Shown: positions 12,759 to 21,741, counted from the stretch's first letter. The stretch: 64,000 nt of DNA from Solirubrobacterales bacterium (GCA_038215095.1 JBBQRG010000003.1:170-64169), one strand, 5' to 3'. Numbers and translations: made by a program. Notes: generated by a model from the letters alone, not told the origin.

Positions 12759-13652
12759 GTGGTCGCCGCGCTGGCCGTGGCGGCGCCCGCCGCCGGCGCC
12801 GCGCCCACCTACGTCGCGCTCGGCGACTCGTACGCGGCGGGCCCGCTGATCCCGGCGCAGCTGCCGCCGTTCGGCTGCCTGAAGTCGAGCAACAACTACG
12901 CGCACCTCGCCGCGCCCCAGCTTGGCCTGACGCTGCGCGACCCGAGCTGCAGCGGCGCCAAGACCGACCACATGACCACCACGCAGAACGTCTCGCCCGG
13001 GCCGAATCCGCCGCAGTTCAACTCGCTCGCGAGCGACACGGCGCTCGTCACCGAGCAGATCGGCGGCAACGACATCGGCTTCACCGAGATCATCCGCAGC
13101 TGCGCCTCGTCGAGCCCGCAGGGGCACCCCCGCCAGGACCACTACGTGACCGCCGCCGGCGACGAGATCAGCAAGCGCATCCAGGCCACCGCCCCGAAGG
13201 TGGCCGCGGTCATCCAGGGCATCCACCAGCGCTCGTCGCAGGCCAAGGTCTACGTGGTCAACTACCTGCCGATCTTCCCCGAGCAGCCGCTGGCCCCCGG
13301 GCTCCCCGAGGGCTGCTACCCGCAGATCCCGGTGGCCTTCGCCGACGTGCCCTACCTGCGCGCCAAGGAGAAGGAGCTCAACCAGATGCTGGCCGACCAG
13401 GCCGCGGCAAACGGGGCAAGCCTGCTGGACACCTACACGCTGGGAATCGGCCACGACGCCTGCGAGCCCCCGGGACTGCGCTGGGTGGAGCCCCTCGCTC
13501 CGGCGAACGCCGCCGCGCCCTTCCACCCGAATGTCCTTGGCATGCGTGCCGAAGCGCAGCTACTAGTAGCTAGCCCCGCGCTAGGAGCGGCTGCCTGTCG
13601 CGTAGGGGGCGCGTGTGGCCGCGGGCAGCACGCTGGCCTGGACGGGCGTTAA
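12759..13652 (+). CDS. Secreted SGNH/GDSL hydrolase (lipase/esterase)
   Basis: Block I YVALGDSYAAG and block III IGGNDIGF. Hydrophobic N-terminus. The first canonical start is GTG 12759, so the start is uncertain (see findings). The C-terminal tail is encoded by the repeat element. Confidence 0.75.
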   Translation: MVAALAVAAPAAGAAPTYVALGDSYAAGPLIPAQLPPFGCLKSSNNYAHLAAPQLGLTLRDPSCSGAKTDHMTTTQNVSPGPNPPQFNSLASDTALVTEQIGGNDIGFTEIIRSCASSSPQGHPRQDHYVTAAGDEISKRIQATAPKVAAVIQGIHQRSSQAKVYVVNYLPIFPEQPLAPGLPEGCYPQIPVAFADVPYLRAKEKELNQMLADQAAANGASLLDTYTLGIGHDACEPPGLRWVEPLAPANAAAPFHPNVLGMRAEAQLLVASPALGAAACRVGGACGRGQHAGLDGR

Positions 13653-13662
13653 GGGGCGCGCC
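13600..13662 (+). repeat. Copy of the dispersed ~64-nt GC-rich repeat
   Basis: GCGTAGGGGGCGCGTGTGGCCGCGGGCAGCACGCTGGCCTGGACGGGCGTTAAGGGGCGCGCC. Lies between the convergent SGNH and Usp genes. The SGNH TAA stop (13650-13652) is inside it. Confidence 0.7.
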
Positions 13663-13666
13663 TCGC

Positions 13667-14113
13667 CTACGGCGAGTCGCTATCGGTATTAACGATCATC
13701 ACCGAGCATTTGGCGTGGCGGGAGATCTTCTCCGGGACGCCTCCCAGCAGGAAGCGCTTCTTGCCGGTCAGTCCCTTGTTGCCGATCACGATCACGTCGG
13801 CGCTCTCGCTCGCGGCGGCGTCGAGGATGGCCTCGGCGGCGGTGCCTTCGCGGGCGGCCCAGTCCACGGCGGCGACGCCCTGCTCCTCGGCCTTCCGGGC
13901 CTCGCGGGCGAGCACGGACTCGGCGACCGTGCGGAGGTCCACGGTGGCGACCTCGCGGCTGGTCTGGATCGACTCCCAGTGGCGCTCGGTGTCGCCGAAG
14001 GCGGCCACCAGGTGGAGGCGCGCTCCCTGGCTCTTGCAGAGGTCGATTGCCTCCTGGACCGCGCGGTCGGCGCGGGCTGAGCCATCGGTGCCGGCAACCA
14101 CCGTCCGGAACAT
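13667..14113 (-). CDS. Universal stress protein (UspA family)
   Basis: 148 aa from MFRTVVAGTDGS. ATP-type motif VIGNKGLTGKKRFLLGGVPEKI. The upstream part of the track ORF is Arg/Gln-rich and not coding-like. Confidence 0.85.
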   Translation of the reverse strand: MFRTVVAGTDGSARADRAVQEAIDLCKSQGARLHLVAAFGDTERHWESIQTSREVATVDLRTVAESVLAREARKAEEQGVAAVDWAAREGTAAEAILDAAASESADVIVIGNKGLTGKKRFLLGGVPEKISRHAKCSVMIVNTDSDSP

Positions 14114-14164
14114 GACGTGCCGACCATAACCGGTCCGAGCCTGAGGGCCTAGCCTATTGGCGCT

Positions 14165-14749
14165 GTGACCGCCGACGGCAACCTGCTGGAGCGCGACGGC
14201 GAGCTCGCCTCGCTCGAGTCGCTGATCGACGACGCCGCCGGCGGCCGCGCGCGGCTGGCGCTCGTGGAGGGGCCCGCGGGCATCGGGAAGTCCACCCTGA
14301 TGCTGGAGGCCAGGCGCCGCGCCGGCGAGGCGGGCATGCGGGCTCTGGCGGCGCGCGGGAGCGAGCTCGAGCGTCAGTTCCCGTTCGGCGTCGTGCGCCA
14401 GCTGTTCGAGCCGCTGCTGGTGGACCCGAAGCGGAGAAAGCAGGCGCTGAGCGGCGCCGCGGCCACCGCTGCCACGGTGTTCGAGGCGCCGGTGGACGGC
14501 GAGGGCGAGCTGAGCGGCGACGGCTCGTTCGCCGTGCTGCACGGCCTGTACTGGCTGACGGTGAACCTGACCGGCGAGAGCCCGCTGCTGCTGGCCGTGG
14601 ACGACCTGCACTGGTGCGACCGGCCGTCGCTGCGGTTCCTGCTCTACCTGGCCCGGCGGCTCGAGGGACTGCCGGCGCTGGTGGCCGGGAGCCTGCGCCC
14701 CGATGAGCCGGGCGCGGACGCCGCATTGCTGGGTGAGCTGGCGAACTGA
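14165..14749 (+). pseudogene. N-terminal AAA/NTPase fragment of a large LuxR-family (LAL/MalT-like) regulator, truncated at 194 aa
   Basis: Walker A GPAGIGKST and Walker B LLLAVDDLHWCD. Full-length members are several-fold longer and end in a LuxR HTH; here a TGA at 14747 ends the ORF. Confidence 0.6.
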
Positions 14750-14760
14750 AGACAAGGGCA

Positions 14761-15852
14761 ATGCAGGGCGTCGAGATCGACGCGTCGGCGCGCCGCGCCC
14801 GCGTGCTGGCCGGCAGCAAGTGGGAGGAAGTCGTGCCGCGCGCCTCGGAGCTCGGCCTGGCCGCCCTCCACGGCTCGTCGCCGGACGTCGGCGTCGTGGG
14901 CTACTCGCTCGGCGGCGGCATGGGCTGGTACGCCCGCAAGCACGGCCTCCAGACCAACAGCGTCACGGCCATCGAGCTCGTGACCGCCGACGGCGAGCCG
15001 GTGCGGACCGACGCCGACCACGAGCCCGAGCTGTTCTGGGCGCTGCGCGGCGGCGGCGGCAACTTCGGCGTCGTGACCGCCATCGAGTTCGACCTCTTCC
15101 CGCTCGAGCAGGTCTACGCGGGCACGCTGTTCTTCCCCTACGAGCGGGCCTCCGAGGTCATGCACGCCTGGCGCGAGTGGACGGCCGACACGCCCGACGA
15201 GATCACCTCCACGGCGAAGCTGCTGCAGTTCCCGCCGCTGCCGGACATACCGGAGATCGTGCGCGGGCAGTCGTTCGCGGTCGTGTCGGCCGCCTACCTC
15301 GGCGCGCAGGCCGAGGGCGCCGAGATCATGCGGCCGCTGCGCGAGCTCGGCCCGGCGATGGACACCTTCGCGATGGTCCCGCCGGCCGCGCTGGCGGACC
15401 TGGCGATGGACCCGCCGGACCCGGTCCCCTACGCCAGCACGAGCCAGGTCGTGTGCGACCTGCCCGCCGAGGGTCTCGACGACCTGCTGGCCGTGACCGG
15501 CCCCGGCTCCGGCTCCCAGCTCGTGGCCGTCGAGCTGCGCCAGACCGGCGGCGCCCTGTCGCGCACCGCGGAGCACCACGGCGCGCTCGGCTCGGTGGCA
15601 GGCTCGTTCGTGTCGTTTGCGGTCGGCGTGGTGATGGACGAGGCGACGGCCGTCACCGCGAAGGCCCAGCTCGGCCTGGTCCACGACGCGCTCGCGCCCT
15701 ACAGGGCCGGGGAATACCTCAACTTCGCCGAGGGCGACACCGACGTGCGCGACTCGTTCGCCGAGGGCGTCTACGCGCGGCTGCAGGCGGCCAAGGCGAG
15801 CTACGACCCGCAGGGCCGCTTCCACGCCAACCACGAGATCGAGACCGACTGA
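14761..15852 (+). pseudogene. FAD-linked oxidase (PCMH/BBE-like) missing roughly the first 90 aa of the FAD-binding domain
   Basis: Starts at MQGVEIDASARRARVLAG, which corresponds to the middle of FAD_binding_4. VGVVGYSLGGGMGW and LFWALRGGGGNFGVV are present. An in-frame stop at 14734 blocks any N-terminal extension. Confidence 0.5.
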
Positions 15853-15917
15853 TTCGCGGCGCGTTCGCCCCCGAATCGGGGGCGAACGCCGCTCCAGCGG
15901 CTACGCTGGCGCGCGGG

Positions 15918-16301
15918 ATGGCTACCGAAGGGCAACCGATCAAGGTCCTGATAGCCGACGACGACCCGATCGTCCGGGCGGTGATGGAGGGCCTGGTCGG
16001 CCGCGAGGAGGACCTTGAGCTCGTGGGCTCTGCCAGCGAGGCCGCCGAGGCCGCAGCGCTGGCGCGCGACCACCAGCCGGACGTGGCCGTGCTGGACTGG
16101 GTGATGCCCGAGGGCGGCGGGCCGCAGGCGGCGAAGGACATCGCCAACGTCAGCCCAAAGACGAAGGTGATCGCGCTCACGGCGTCCGACAGCGGGCACG
16201 CCGCGATCGACATGATGCGCGCGGGCGCGGTGAACGTGCTGATCAAGGACGCCTCGATGCCAGAGATTGCAGAGGCGATTCGCGTCGCCGCGCGCGGCTG
16301 A
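15918..16301 (+). CDS. Stand-alone response-regulator receiver domain (NarL-like receiver, no output domain)
   Basis: 127 aa: KVLIADDDPIV, DVAVLDWVMPEGGG, VIALTAS, VLIKD. The stop is immediately followed by the GTG of the ROK kinase. Confidence 0.8.
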   Translation: MATEGQPIKVLIADDDPIVRAVMEGLVGREEDLELVGSASEAAEAAALARDHQPDVAVLDWVMPEGGGPQAAKDIANVSPKTKVIALTASDSGHAAIDMMRAGAVNVLIKDASMPEIAEAIRVAARG

Positions 16302-17267
16302 GTGCGGGGCGGGCTCGACCTCGGCGGAACCAAGATCCAGGCCGCGATCCTGGACGAGCACGGCGAGATCGTCGGCCAGTCGCGCCGGCCGACGCCGGGC
16401 GAGGGCGGGCCCCCCGCGGTAGTGGAGGCGCTGGCCGAGGCGCTTGCCGAGGCGGCCGACGAGGCAGGGGTGGAGTCGGGTGACCTAGAGGGCGTGGGCG
16501 TTGGCTCGCCGGGCGCCGTGGACGCGAAGGCCGGCACGGTGGCCGAGGCCCGCAACATCCCCGAGTGGAGCGACGAGCCCTACCCGCTGGGCCCGGAGCT
16601 CGCCAAGCTTGCCGGCGTGCCGGTGGCGCTCGGCAACGACGTGCAGGTGGCCGTCGAGGCCGAGTACAAGCTCGGCGCCGCCGAGGACAGCCACTCGCTG
16701 CTGGGCGTGTTCTGGGGCACCGGGGTGGGCGGCGGGATCATCCTCGACGGCAAGCCGTGGCTGGGGCGCGGCGCCGCCGGCGAGATCGGCCACATGGTGG
16801 TCAAGAACGGCGGCGCCCAATGCCCCTGCGGGCGGCTCGGCTGCATGGAGGCCTACGCCGGGCGCGGAGCCATGGAGGCGCGGGCGCGCGAGCTCGTGGA
16901 CAAGGGCCGGGAGACCGTGCTGTTCGAGATCATGGAGGAGCGCGGCCGCGACCGGCTGGCCAGCGGAATCTGGGAGCGCGCGCTGAAGGCCGAGGACGAG
17001 CTGGCGATCGAGCTGATCGAGCGCGCTCTCGAGGCGCTCGGGGCGGGCATCGCCTCGGCGGTGAACCTGCTCGATATCGAGACCGTGGTGATCGGCGGCG
17101 GCCTGGGCACGCGCCTGGGCGAGCCCTACGTGGAGCGGATCGAGGAGGCGATGCAGCCGCACCTCTTCGTGGACGACCGCCCGCCGGCCGTGCGTCTGGC
17201 GGCCCTGGGCGACCTCGGCGGGGCCACCGGCGCCGCGCTCCTCGTTGGCCGCCGGTCCATGTCGTAG
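16302..17267 (+). CDS. ROK-family sugar kinase (second copy in the window)
   Basis: 321 aa: GGLDLGGTKI and zinc motif GHMVVKNGGAQCPCGRLGCMEAY. No HTH domain. Confidence 0.85.
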   Translation: MRGGLDLGGTKIQAAILDEHGEIVGQSRRPTPGEGGPPAVVEALAEALAEAADEAGVESGDLEGVGVGSPGAVDAKAGTVAEARNIPEWSDEPYPLGPELAKLAGVPVALGNDVQVAVEAEYKLGAAEDSHSLLGVFWGTGVGGGIILDGKPWLGRGAAGEIGHMVVKNGGAQCPCGRLGCMEAYAGRGAMEARARELVDKGRETVLFEIMEERGRDRLASGIWERALKAEDELAIELIERALEALGAGIASAVNLLDIETVVIGGGLGTRLGEPYVERIEEAMQPHLFVDDRPPAVRLAALGDLGGATGAALLVGRRSMS

Positions 17268-17276
17268 CTTTGGTGC

Positions 17277-17507
17277 GTGCAGTTCGTCACTCTGCCCCCG
17301 GGGCATGAGGAGCGCGATTTCATCCTGGCCAGCCGGATTCTCGATGAGCTGGGACTCGAGGAACTGCACGTGTTCTGGACGCCGCGGCGCCCGCCGTTCC
17401 CGAGCCCGGCCCGCAGGCTGCCCGCGCGCGACCCGCTCGGCGTGCCCGGCCTCCTCGGGCTGCTCGGGCTCGTGGCGGCGCACGTCGGCAAGCGCCTGCA
17501 GCGCTAG
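17277..17507 (+). CDS. Hypothetical small protein (76 aa) with a hydrophobic C-terminus
   Basis: GTG start. GC-rich third codon positions. Fills the gap between the ROK kinase and galK. No recognisable motif. Confidence 0.4.
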   Translation: MQFVTLPPGHEERDFILASRILDELGLEELHVFWTPRRPPFPSPARRLPARDPLGVPGLLGLLGLVAAHVGKRLQR

Positions 17508-17519
17508 CGCTCCGCGCCG

Positions 17520-18551
17520 GTGACCCGCGCCTTCGCGCCCGGGCGCGTGAACCTGATCGGCGAGCACACCGACTACAACTTCGGCCTCTGCCTGCCGTTC
17601 GCCATCGAGCGCGGCGTGACCGTGAGCGCCGAGCCGCTGCCCGGCGAGCGTTTCGAGGCGCTGGCCGCCGACGTCGGCGAGCGCGACGCCTTCGACCGCG
17701 GCGACCGCTCGCCGGCCGAGGGCTGGCGCGCCTTCGTGAGAGGCATGGTGGCCGAGCTCGAGGCGGCGGGACACCGCGTGCCGGCGGCGCGGCTCACGAT
17801 CGAGGGCGACCTGCCGCGCGGGTCCGGCCTGTCGTCGTCGGCGGCGCTGGAGGTGGCACTCGCGCTGGCGCTGCTGGACCTTGCCGGCCGGCCCGAGCTC
17901 GACCGGATCGAGCTCGCCCGGCTCTGCTCGCGCGTCGAGAACGAGTGGGCCGGCGCCGATACGGGGCTGCTCGACCAGCTGGCCGTGCTGCTTGGCGGCG
18001 AGGGTCACGCGCTGCTGCTGGACTGCCGCAGCCTGGAGACCGAGCAGGTGCCCCTCGAGCTGGACGGCTGGCTCCTCGTCACGCTCGACTCGGGCGCCGA
18101 GCACTCACACGCCGAGTCGGGCTACAACGAGCGGCGCGACGAGTGCCGGCAGGCCTGTGAGCTGCTGAAAGTGGAGTCCCTCCGCGAGGCCTCCCGCAAA
18201 GACGTCGAGCGCCTGCCGCCGCCGCTCGACCGCCGCGCGCGCCACGTGCTGTCCGAGAACGAGCGCGTCGAGCAGGCCGCGGCTGTGCTGCGCGAGGGCG
18301 AGCTGGCCGGCCTCGGGCCCCTGCTCGACGCCTCGCACGCGAGCCTGCGCGACGACTACGAGGTGTCGGTGCCCGAGGTGGAGGCCGCAGTGGCCGCCTG
18401 CAAGGAGGCCGGGGCGAGCGGAGCGCGAATCGTGGGCGGCGGCTTCGGCGGCTCGGTCCTTGCGCTGTTCCCGCCCGGCTCGGAGCCGCCGCGGGACGCG
18501 CTGGAGGTGCGCCCGGGCCCCGCCGCCAGGCTGCTGGAGGACGAGGGCTAG
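17520..18551 (+). CDS. galK: Galactokinase
   Basis: 343 aa. GHMP kinase signatures GRVNLIGEHTDYN and PRGSGLSSSAALEVA. Confidence 0.92.
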   Translation: MTRAFAPGRVNLIGEHTDYNFGLCLPFAIERGVTVSAEPLPGERFEALAADVGERDAFDRGDRSPAEGWRAFVRGMVAELEAAGHRVPAARLTIEGDLPRGSGLSSSAALEVALALALLDLAGRPELDRIELARLCSRVENEWAGADTGLLDQLAVLLGGEGHALLLDCRSLETEQVPLELDGWLLVTLDSGAEHSHAESGYNERRDECRQACELLKVESLREASRKDVERLPPPLDRRARHVLSENERVEQAAAVLREGELAGLGPLLDASHASLRDDYEVSVPEVEAAVAACKEAGASGARIVGGGFGGSVLALFPPGSEPPRDALEVRPGPAARLLEDEG

Positions 18552-18886
18552 GTGCCCGGCGCCCGGCGCAGGCGTCCCGAGCCCGGCCCTTCCTCGCCCT
18601 CCTCGATCTCCGTGAACGGGCGCACGAGGGCCCAGACGAGGAAGAGCACGCCGGCCACGAGGATCGCCAGCCCGGCGTAGAGGTTGATGTTCACGCCGGC
18701 CGCCTGGTGCTTGTCGGAGTCGCTGCCGAAGATGCCGGCGCCCGTTATCAGCAGCCCGTAGAGCAGCAGCACGCCGCCAATGATGCGGCGGATGTCGAGC
18801 AGGTTGGCGGCCTTCTTCGCCTCCTCCTCGCTGACCTGCGGCTCGTCCGTCTGGTCTGGCTGGTTCGGCTGGTCGGTGCCCTCCAC
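18548..18886 (-). CDS. Small membrane protein (112 aa, two TM segments) downstream of the symporter
   Basis: GTG start preceded by AGGAGG, which overlaps the symporter stop codon. TM stretches IIGGVLLLYGLLITGAGIF and LYAGLAILVAGVLFLVWALV. Confidence 0.65.
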   Translation of the reverse strand: MEGTDQPNQPDQTDEPQVSEEEAKKAANLLDIRRIIGGVLLLYGLLITGAGIFGSDSDKHQAAGVNINLYAGLAILVAGVLFLVWALVRPFTEIEEGEEGPGSGRLRRAPGT

Positions 18887-18895
18887 CGGCGCCTC

Positions 18896-20545
18896 CTAGA
18901 TGAAGATGATGTTGAGGATCACGACGAGGGCGAGTGCCCCGGCCGCCAGCACGATCGGGTTGCGCCACCAGATCTTGTCACTACCGGTCGCGACCTCGCG
19001 GTCGCTCTTCGGCGTGAGCGACCAGACCAGGCCGCGCAGCTCGTTATCCGGCCTGGGCTTGGTGAAGAGCGTGACCGCCACGGTGACGATCACGTCCGTG
19101 GTGAACGCGATGCCCGCGCCCCAGAAGTCAGCGGCGATCGGCGAGCCGAAGGAGATCGTGCCCTTTGAGTAGAGCAGGTGGGTCACGAAGGCTCCCAGGG
19201 TACCCGCGATCAGCCCGAAGAAGCCGCCCCAGGCGGTGGTGCGCTTCCAGAACATGCCCACGATGAAGGTCGCGAACAGCGGGGCGTTGAAGTACGAGAA
19301 CAGCAGCTGCACGTAGTTCATGACGTTGGAGTAGCCCTTCGCGATGAAGGCCGTGCCGATCGAGATGGCGATGCCGGCCACCGTCGCGATGCGCCCGAAG
19401 CGCACGTAGTAGGCCGACGACTCGTTGCGCCGGAAGTAGCTCTGCCAGAGGTCGTAGGTCACGACCGTGTTGAAGGCGCTCACGTTGGCCGCGACGCCCG
19501 CCATGAAAGCGGCGATCAGGCCCGTGACCGCCAGGCCGAGCATCCCGTTCGGCAGGTACTTCGAGATGAGCAGCGGGATCGCGTTGTTGTACTGGAGCGC
19601 GTCGCTCTTGCCGCCCAGGCCCTTGACCGTCACGAGCGCCACCAGACCGGGGATGATCGTGAGCGCCGGGATGAAGATCTTCGGGTAGGCGGCGATCAGC
19701 GGCGTGCGCCGGGCGGCCGAGAGGTTGCGCGCCGAGAGGGCGCGCTGGACCTCGGCGAAGTTGGTGGTCCAGTAGCCGAACGAAAGCACGAAGCCGAGCC
19801 CGAAGATCGTGGAGATGAAGTTGGCGCCGAGCGGGTTGTTCCCGCCGATGCCGAGGCCCTTCCACGCGTGCAGGCCGGGCTCGCCGAGCTTGGTGTCGCG
19901 CACCCGGTCGGCCAATCCCGACACGCCGCCCACGGCATGCAGGGCGATCAGCACCAGCGGCACCAGCGCCGCGACGATCAGGAAGAACTGCAGCACCTCG
20001 TTGTAGATCGCCGAGGTCAGCCCGCCGAGCGTGATGTACACCAGCACGATCGCGGCGGCCACCAGGATCGCCACCGAGATCGACCAGCCCAGCATCAGCG
20101 AGAGCACCAGCCCGAGCGCGAACAGGTTCACGCCGCTGATCAGGATCGTCGCCACGGCGAACGACATCGCGTTGAAGAAGTGGGTCTGGTCGTTGTAGCG
20201 CTTGCGCAGGTACTCGGGGACGCTGCGCACCTTCGACCCGTAGTAGAAGGGCATCATCACGATGCCCAGGAAGATCATGGCCGGGATGGCGCCGATCCAG
20301 TAGAAGTGCACCGTCGCGACGCCGTACTGCGCGCCGTTGGCCGCCATGCCGAGGATCTCCAGCGCGCCGAGGTTGGCGGCGATGAAGGCAAGGCCGGTGA
20401 TCCAGGCCGGCAGCGAGCGGCCGGACAGGAAGAAGTCGACGTCCGTCTTGATCAGGCGCCGCGCGGCGACGCCGATTCCGATGACCACCGTGAAGTAGAT
20501 GGCGATGATCAGGTAGTCGAGCGCGCTGGCGTCGATCCGGAGCAC
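18896..20545 (-). CDS. Sodium:solute symporter (SSS family, SGLT-like)
   Basis: 549 aa from GTG (VLRIDASALDYLIIAIYF). DFFLSGRSLPAWITGLAFIAANLGALEILG is typical of SSS. Many TM helices. Confidence 0.88.
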   Translation of the reverse strand: MLRIDASALDYLIIAIYFTVVIGIGVAARRLIKTDVDFFLSGRSLPAWITGLAFIAANLGALEILGMAANGAQYGVATVHFYWIGAIPAMIFLGIVMMPFYYGSKVRSVPEYLRKRYNDQTHFFNAMSFAVATILISGVNLFALGLVLSLMLGWSISVAILVAAAIVLVYITLGGLTSAIYNEVLQFFLIVAALVPLVLIALHAVGGVSGLADRVRDTKLGEPGLHAWKGLGIGGNNPLGANFISTIFGLGFVLSFGYWTTNFAEVQRALSARNLSAARRTPLIAAYPKIFIPALTIIPGLVALVTVKGLGGKSDALQYNNAIPLLISKYLPNGMLGLAVTGLIAAFMAGVAANVSAFNTVVTYDLWQSYFRRNESSAYYVRFGRIATVAGIAISIGTAFIAKGYSNVMNYVQLLFSYFNAPLFATFIVGMFWKRTTAWGGFFGLIAGTLGAFVTHLLYSKGTISFGSPIAADFWGAGIAFTTDVIVTVAVTLFTKPRPDNELRGLVWSLTPKSDREVATGSDKIWWRNPIVLAAGALALVVILNIIFI

Positions 20546-20576
20546 TGGCCGCCACCTACCCCTTGTGCCGATGCGC

Positions 20577-21611
20577 CTAAACCGCTCGTAGCGCAGACAG
20601 CTCGTTGCTGCGCGCGACGCGGCCGAATGCCTCGGCCCTCGGCCTGACCACGCGGCGCAGGCCGCGGTCGCGTTCGATGCCCACGAGGCCGAAGGTGGGC
20701 CGGTACCCCTCAGCCCACTCGAAGTTGTCGAACGACGACCAGTAGAGGTAGCCGCGCACGTCGATTCCCTCGTCGAGCGCACGCTTGACGGCCCCGAGAT
20801 GCGACTCGAGGTAGTCCACACGCTTGGAGTCGTCGCCCGTGGCGATGCCGTTCTCGGTGACCACAAGCGCGCCGGGCGGCTCGCGCATGAGCGTGTAGTA
20901 CTGCACGCCGGCGAACTCGCCCGGCAGGTCCTCGAGATAGGGCTCCACCATCTCCGCCGGGCGCGGGTCGCCCGCCTCGAAGGCGGGCAGCTGCAGGCAG
21001 ATTCCGGCGCGCTCGAACAGCGGCGCCGCCACGCGGTGTGCCTCGATCAGGGTGCGCGTGACCCGGCGCCACTCGCCCTCGTCGCTGTGCCCCGGCGGGT
21101 GCATCCCCTCGCGGTAGCCGAACAGCGCCACGATCTGCGGCTCGTTGATCGTGCAGGTCCACGGCATCAGCCCGCCGAGCTCGCTCGCCACGCGCTCGCA
21201 GTAGCGCGCGAAGCGCTCCACGGCGTCGGCCGCCAGCCAGCCGCCGCGCTCGGCGAACCAGCGCGGATTGGTGAAGTGGTGCAGCGTCACGAAGGCCGTG
21301 AGGCCGTTCTCAGCCAGGCACTCGAGCACGCGGCGGTAGTGGCCGAGGGCCGCACTGCTCCACTCTCCGGAGGCCGGCTCGATGCGCGACCACTCGAGCG
21401 AGAGCCGATGGGCGTTCTGGCCGAGCCCCGCCAGCAGCTCGAAGTCCTCGCGATAGCGGTGGTACTGGTCGATGGCGTCGCCGGAGGGCTCGACGGCCGT
21501 GGAGCCGTCGGTGTGCTCCCAGGCCCACCAGTCGTTGTTCACGTTGCTGCCCTCGACCTGGTGGGCGGCCGTCGAGCTGCCCCAGAGGAAGCCTTCCGGG
21601 AAGTCGGCCAT
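20577..21611 (-). CDS. Glycoside hydrolase family 1 (beta-glucosidase-like), unusually short at 344 aa
   Basis: FLWGSSTAAHQVEG N-terminus, TINEP acid/base motif, VVTENGIA nucleophile motif, YLYWSSFDNFEW. Confidence 0.8.
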   Translation of the reverse strand: MADFPEGFLWGSSTAAHQVEGSNVNNDWWAWEHTDGSTAVEPSGDAIDQYHRYREDFELLAGLGQNAHRLSLEWSRIEPASGEWSSAALGHYRRVLECLAENGLTAFVTLHHFTNPRWFAERGGWLAADAVERFARYCERVASELGGLMPWTCTINEPQIVALFGYREGMHPPGHSDEGEWRRVTRTLIEAHRVAAPLFERAGICLQLPAFEAGDPRPAEMVEPYLEDLPGEFAGVQYYTLMREPPGALVVTENGIATGDDSKRVDYLESHLGAVKRALDEGIDVRGYLYWSSFDNFEWAEGYRPTFGLVGIERDRGLRRVVRPRAEAFGRVARSNELSALRAV

Positions 21612-21636
21612 CGCCTATCTGATACAAGATTCGGCC

Positions 21637-21741
21637 GTGGACCGCCGACTGGCCCAGAAGAACCTCCGTACCGGCCTGGTGGCCGCCGCGATCATCCTGG
21701 TGGTGTTCGCCGCGGCGTTCCTGACGGGCTACATCTACTGA
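21637..21741 (+). CDS. Micro-ORF encoding a 34-aa single-TM peptide
   Basis: VDRRLAQKNLRTGLVAAAIILVVFAAAFLTGYIY. About 32 of 34 codons end in G or C. Its TGA overlaps the ATG of the next ORF. No clear ribosome-binding site. Confidence 0.35.
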   Translation: MDRRLAQKNLRTGLVAAAIILVVFAAAFLTGYIY

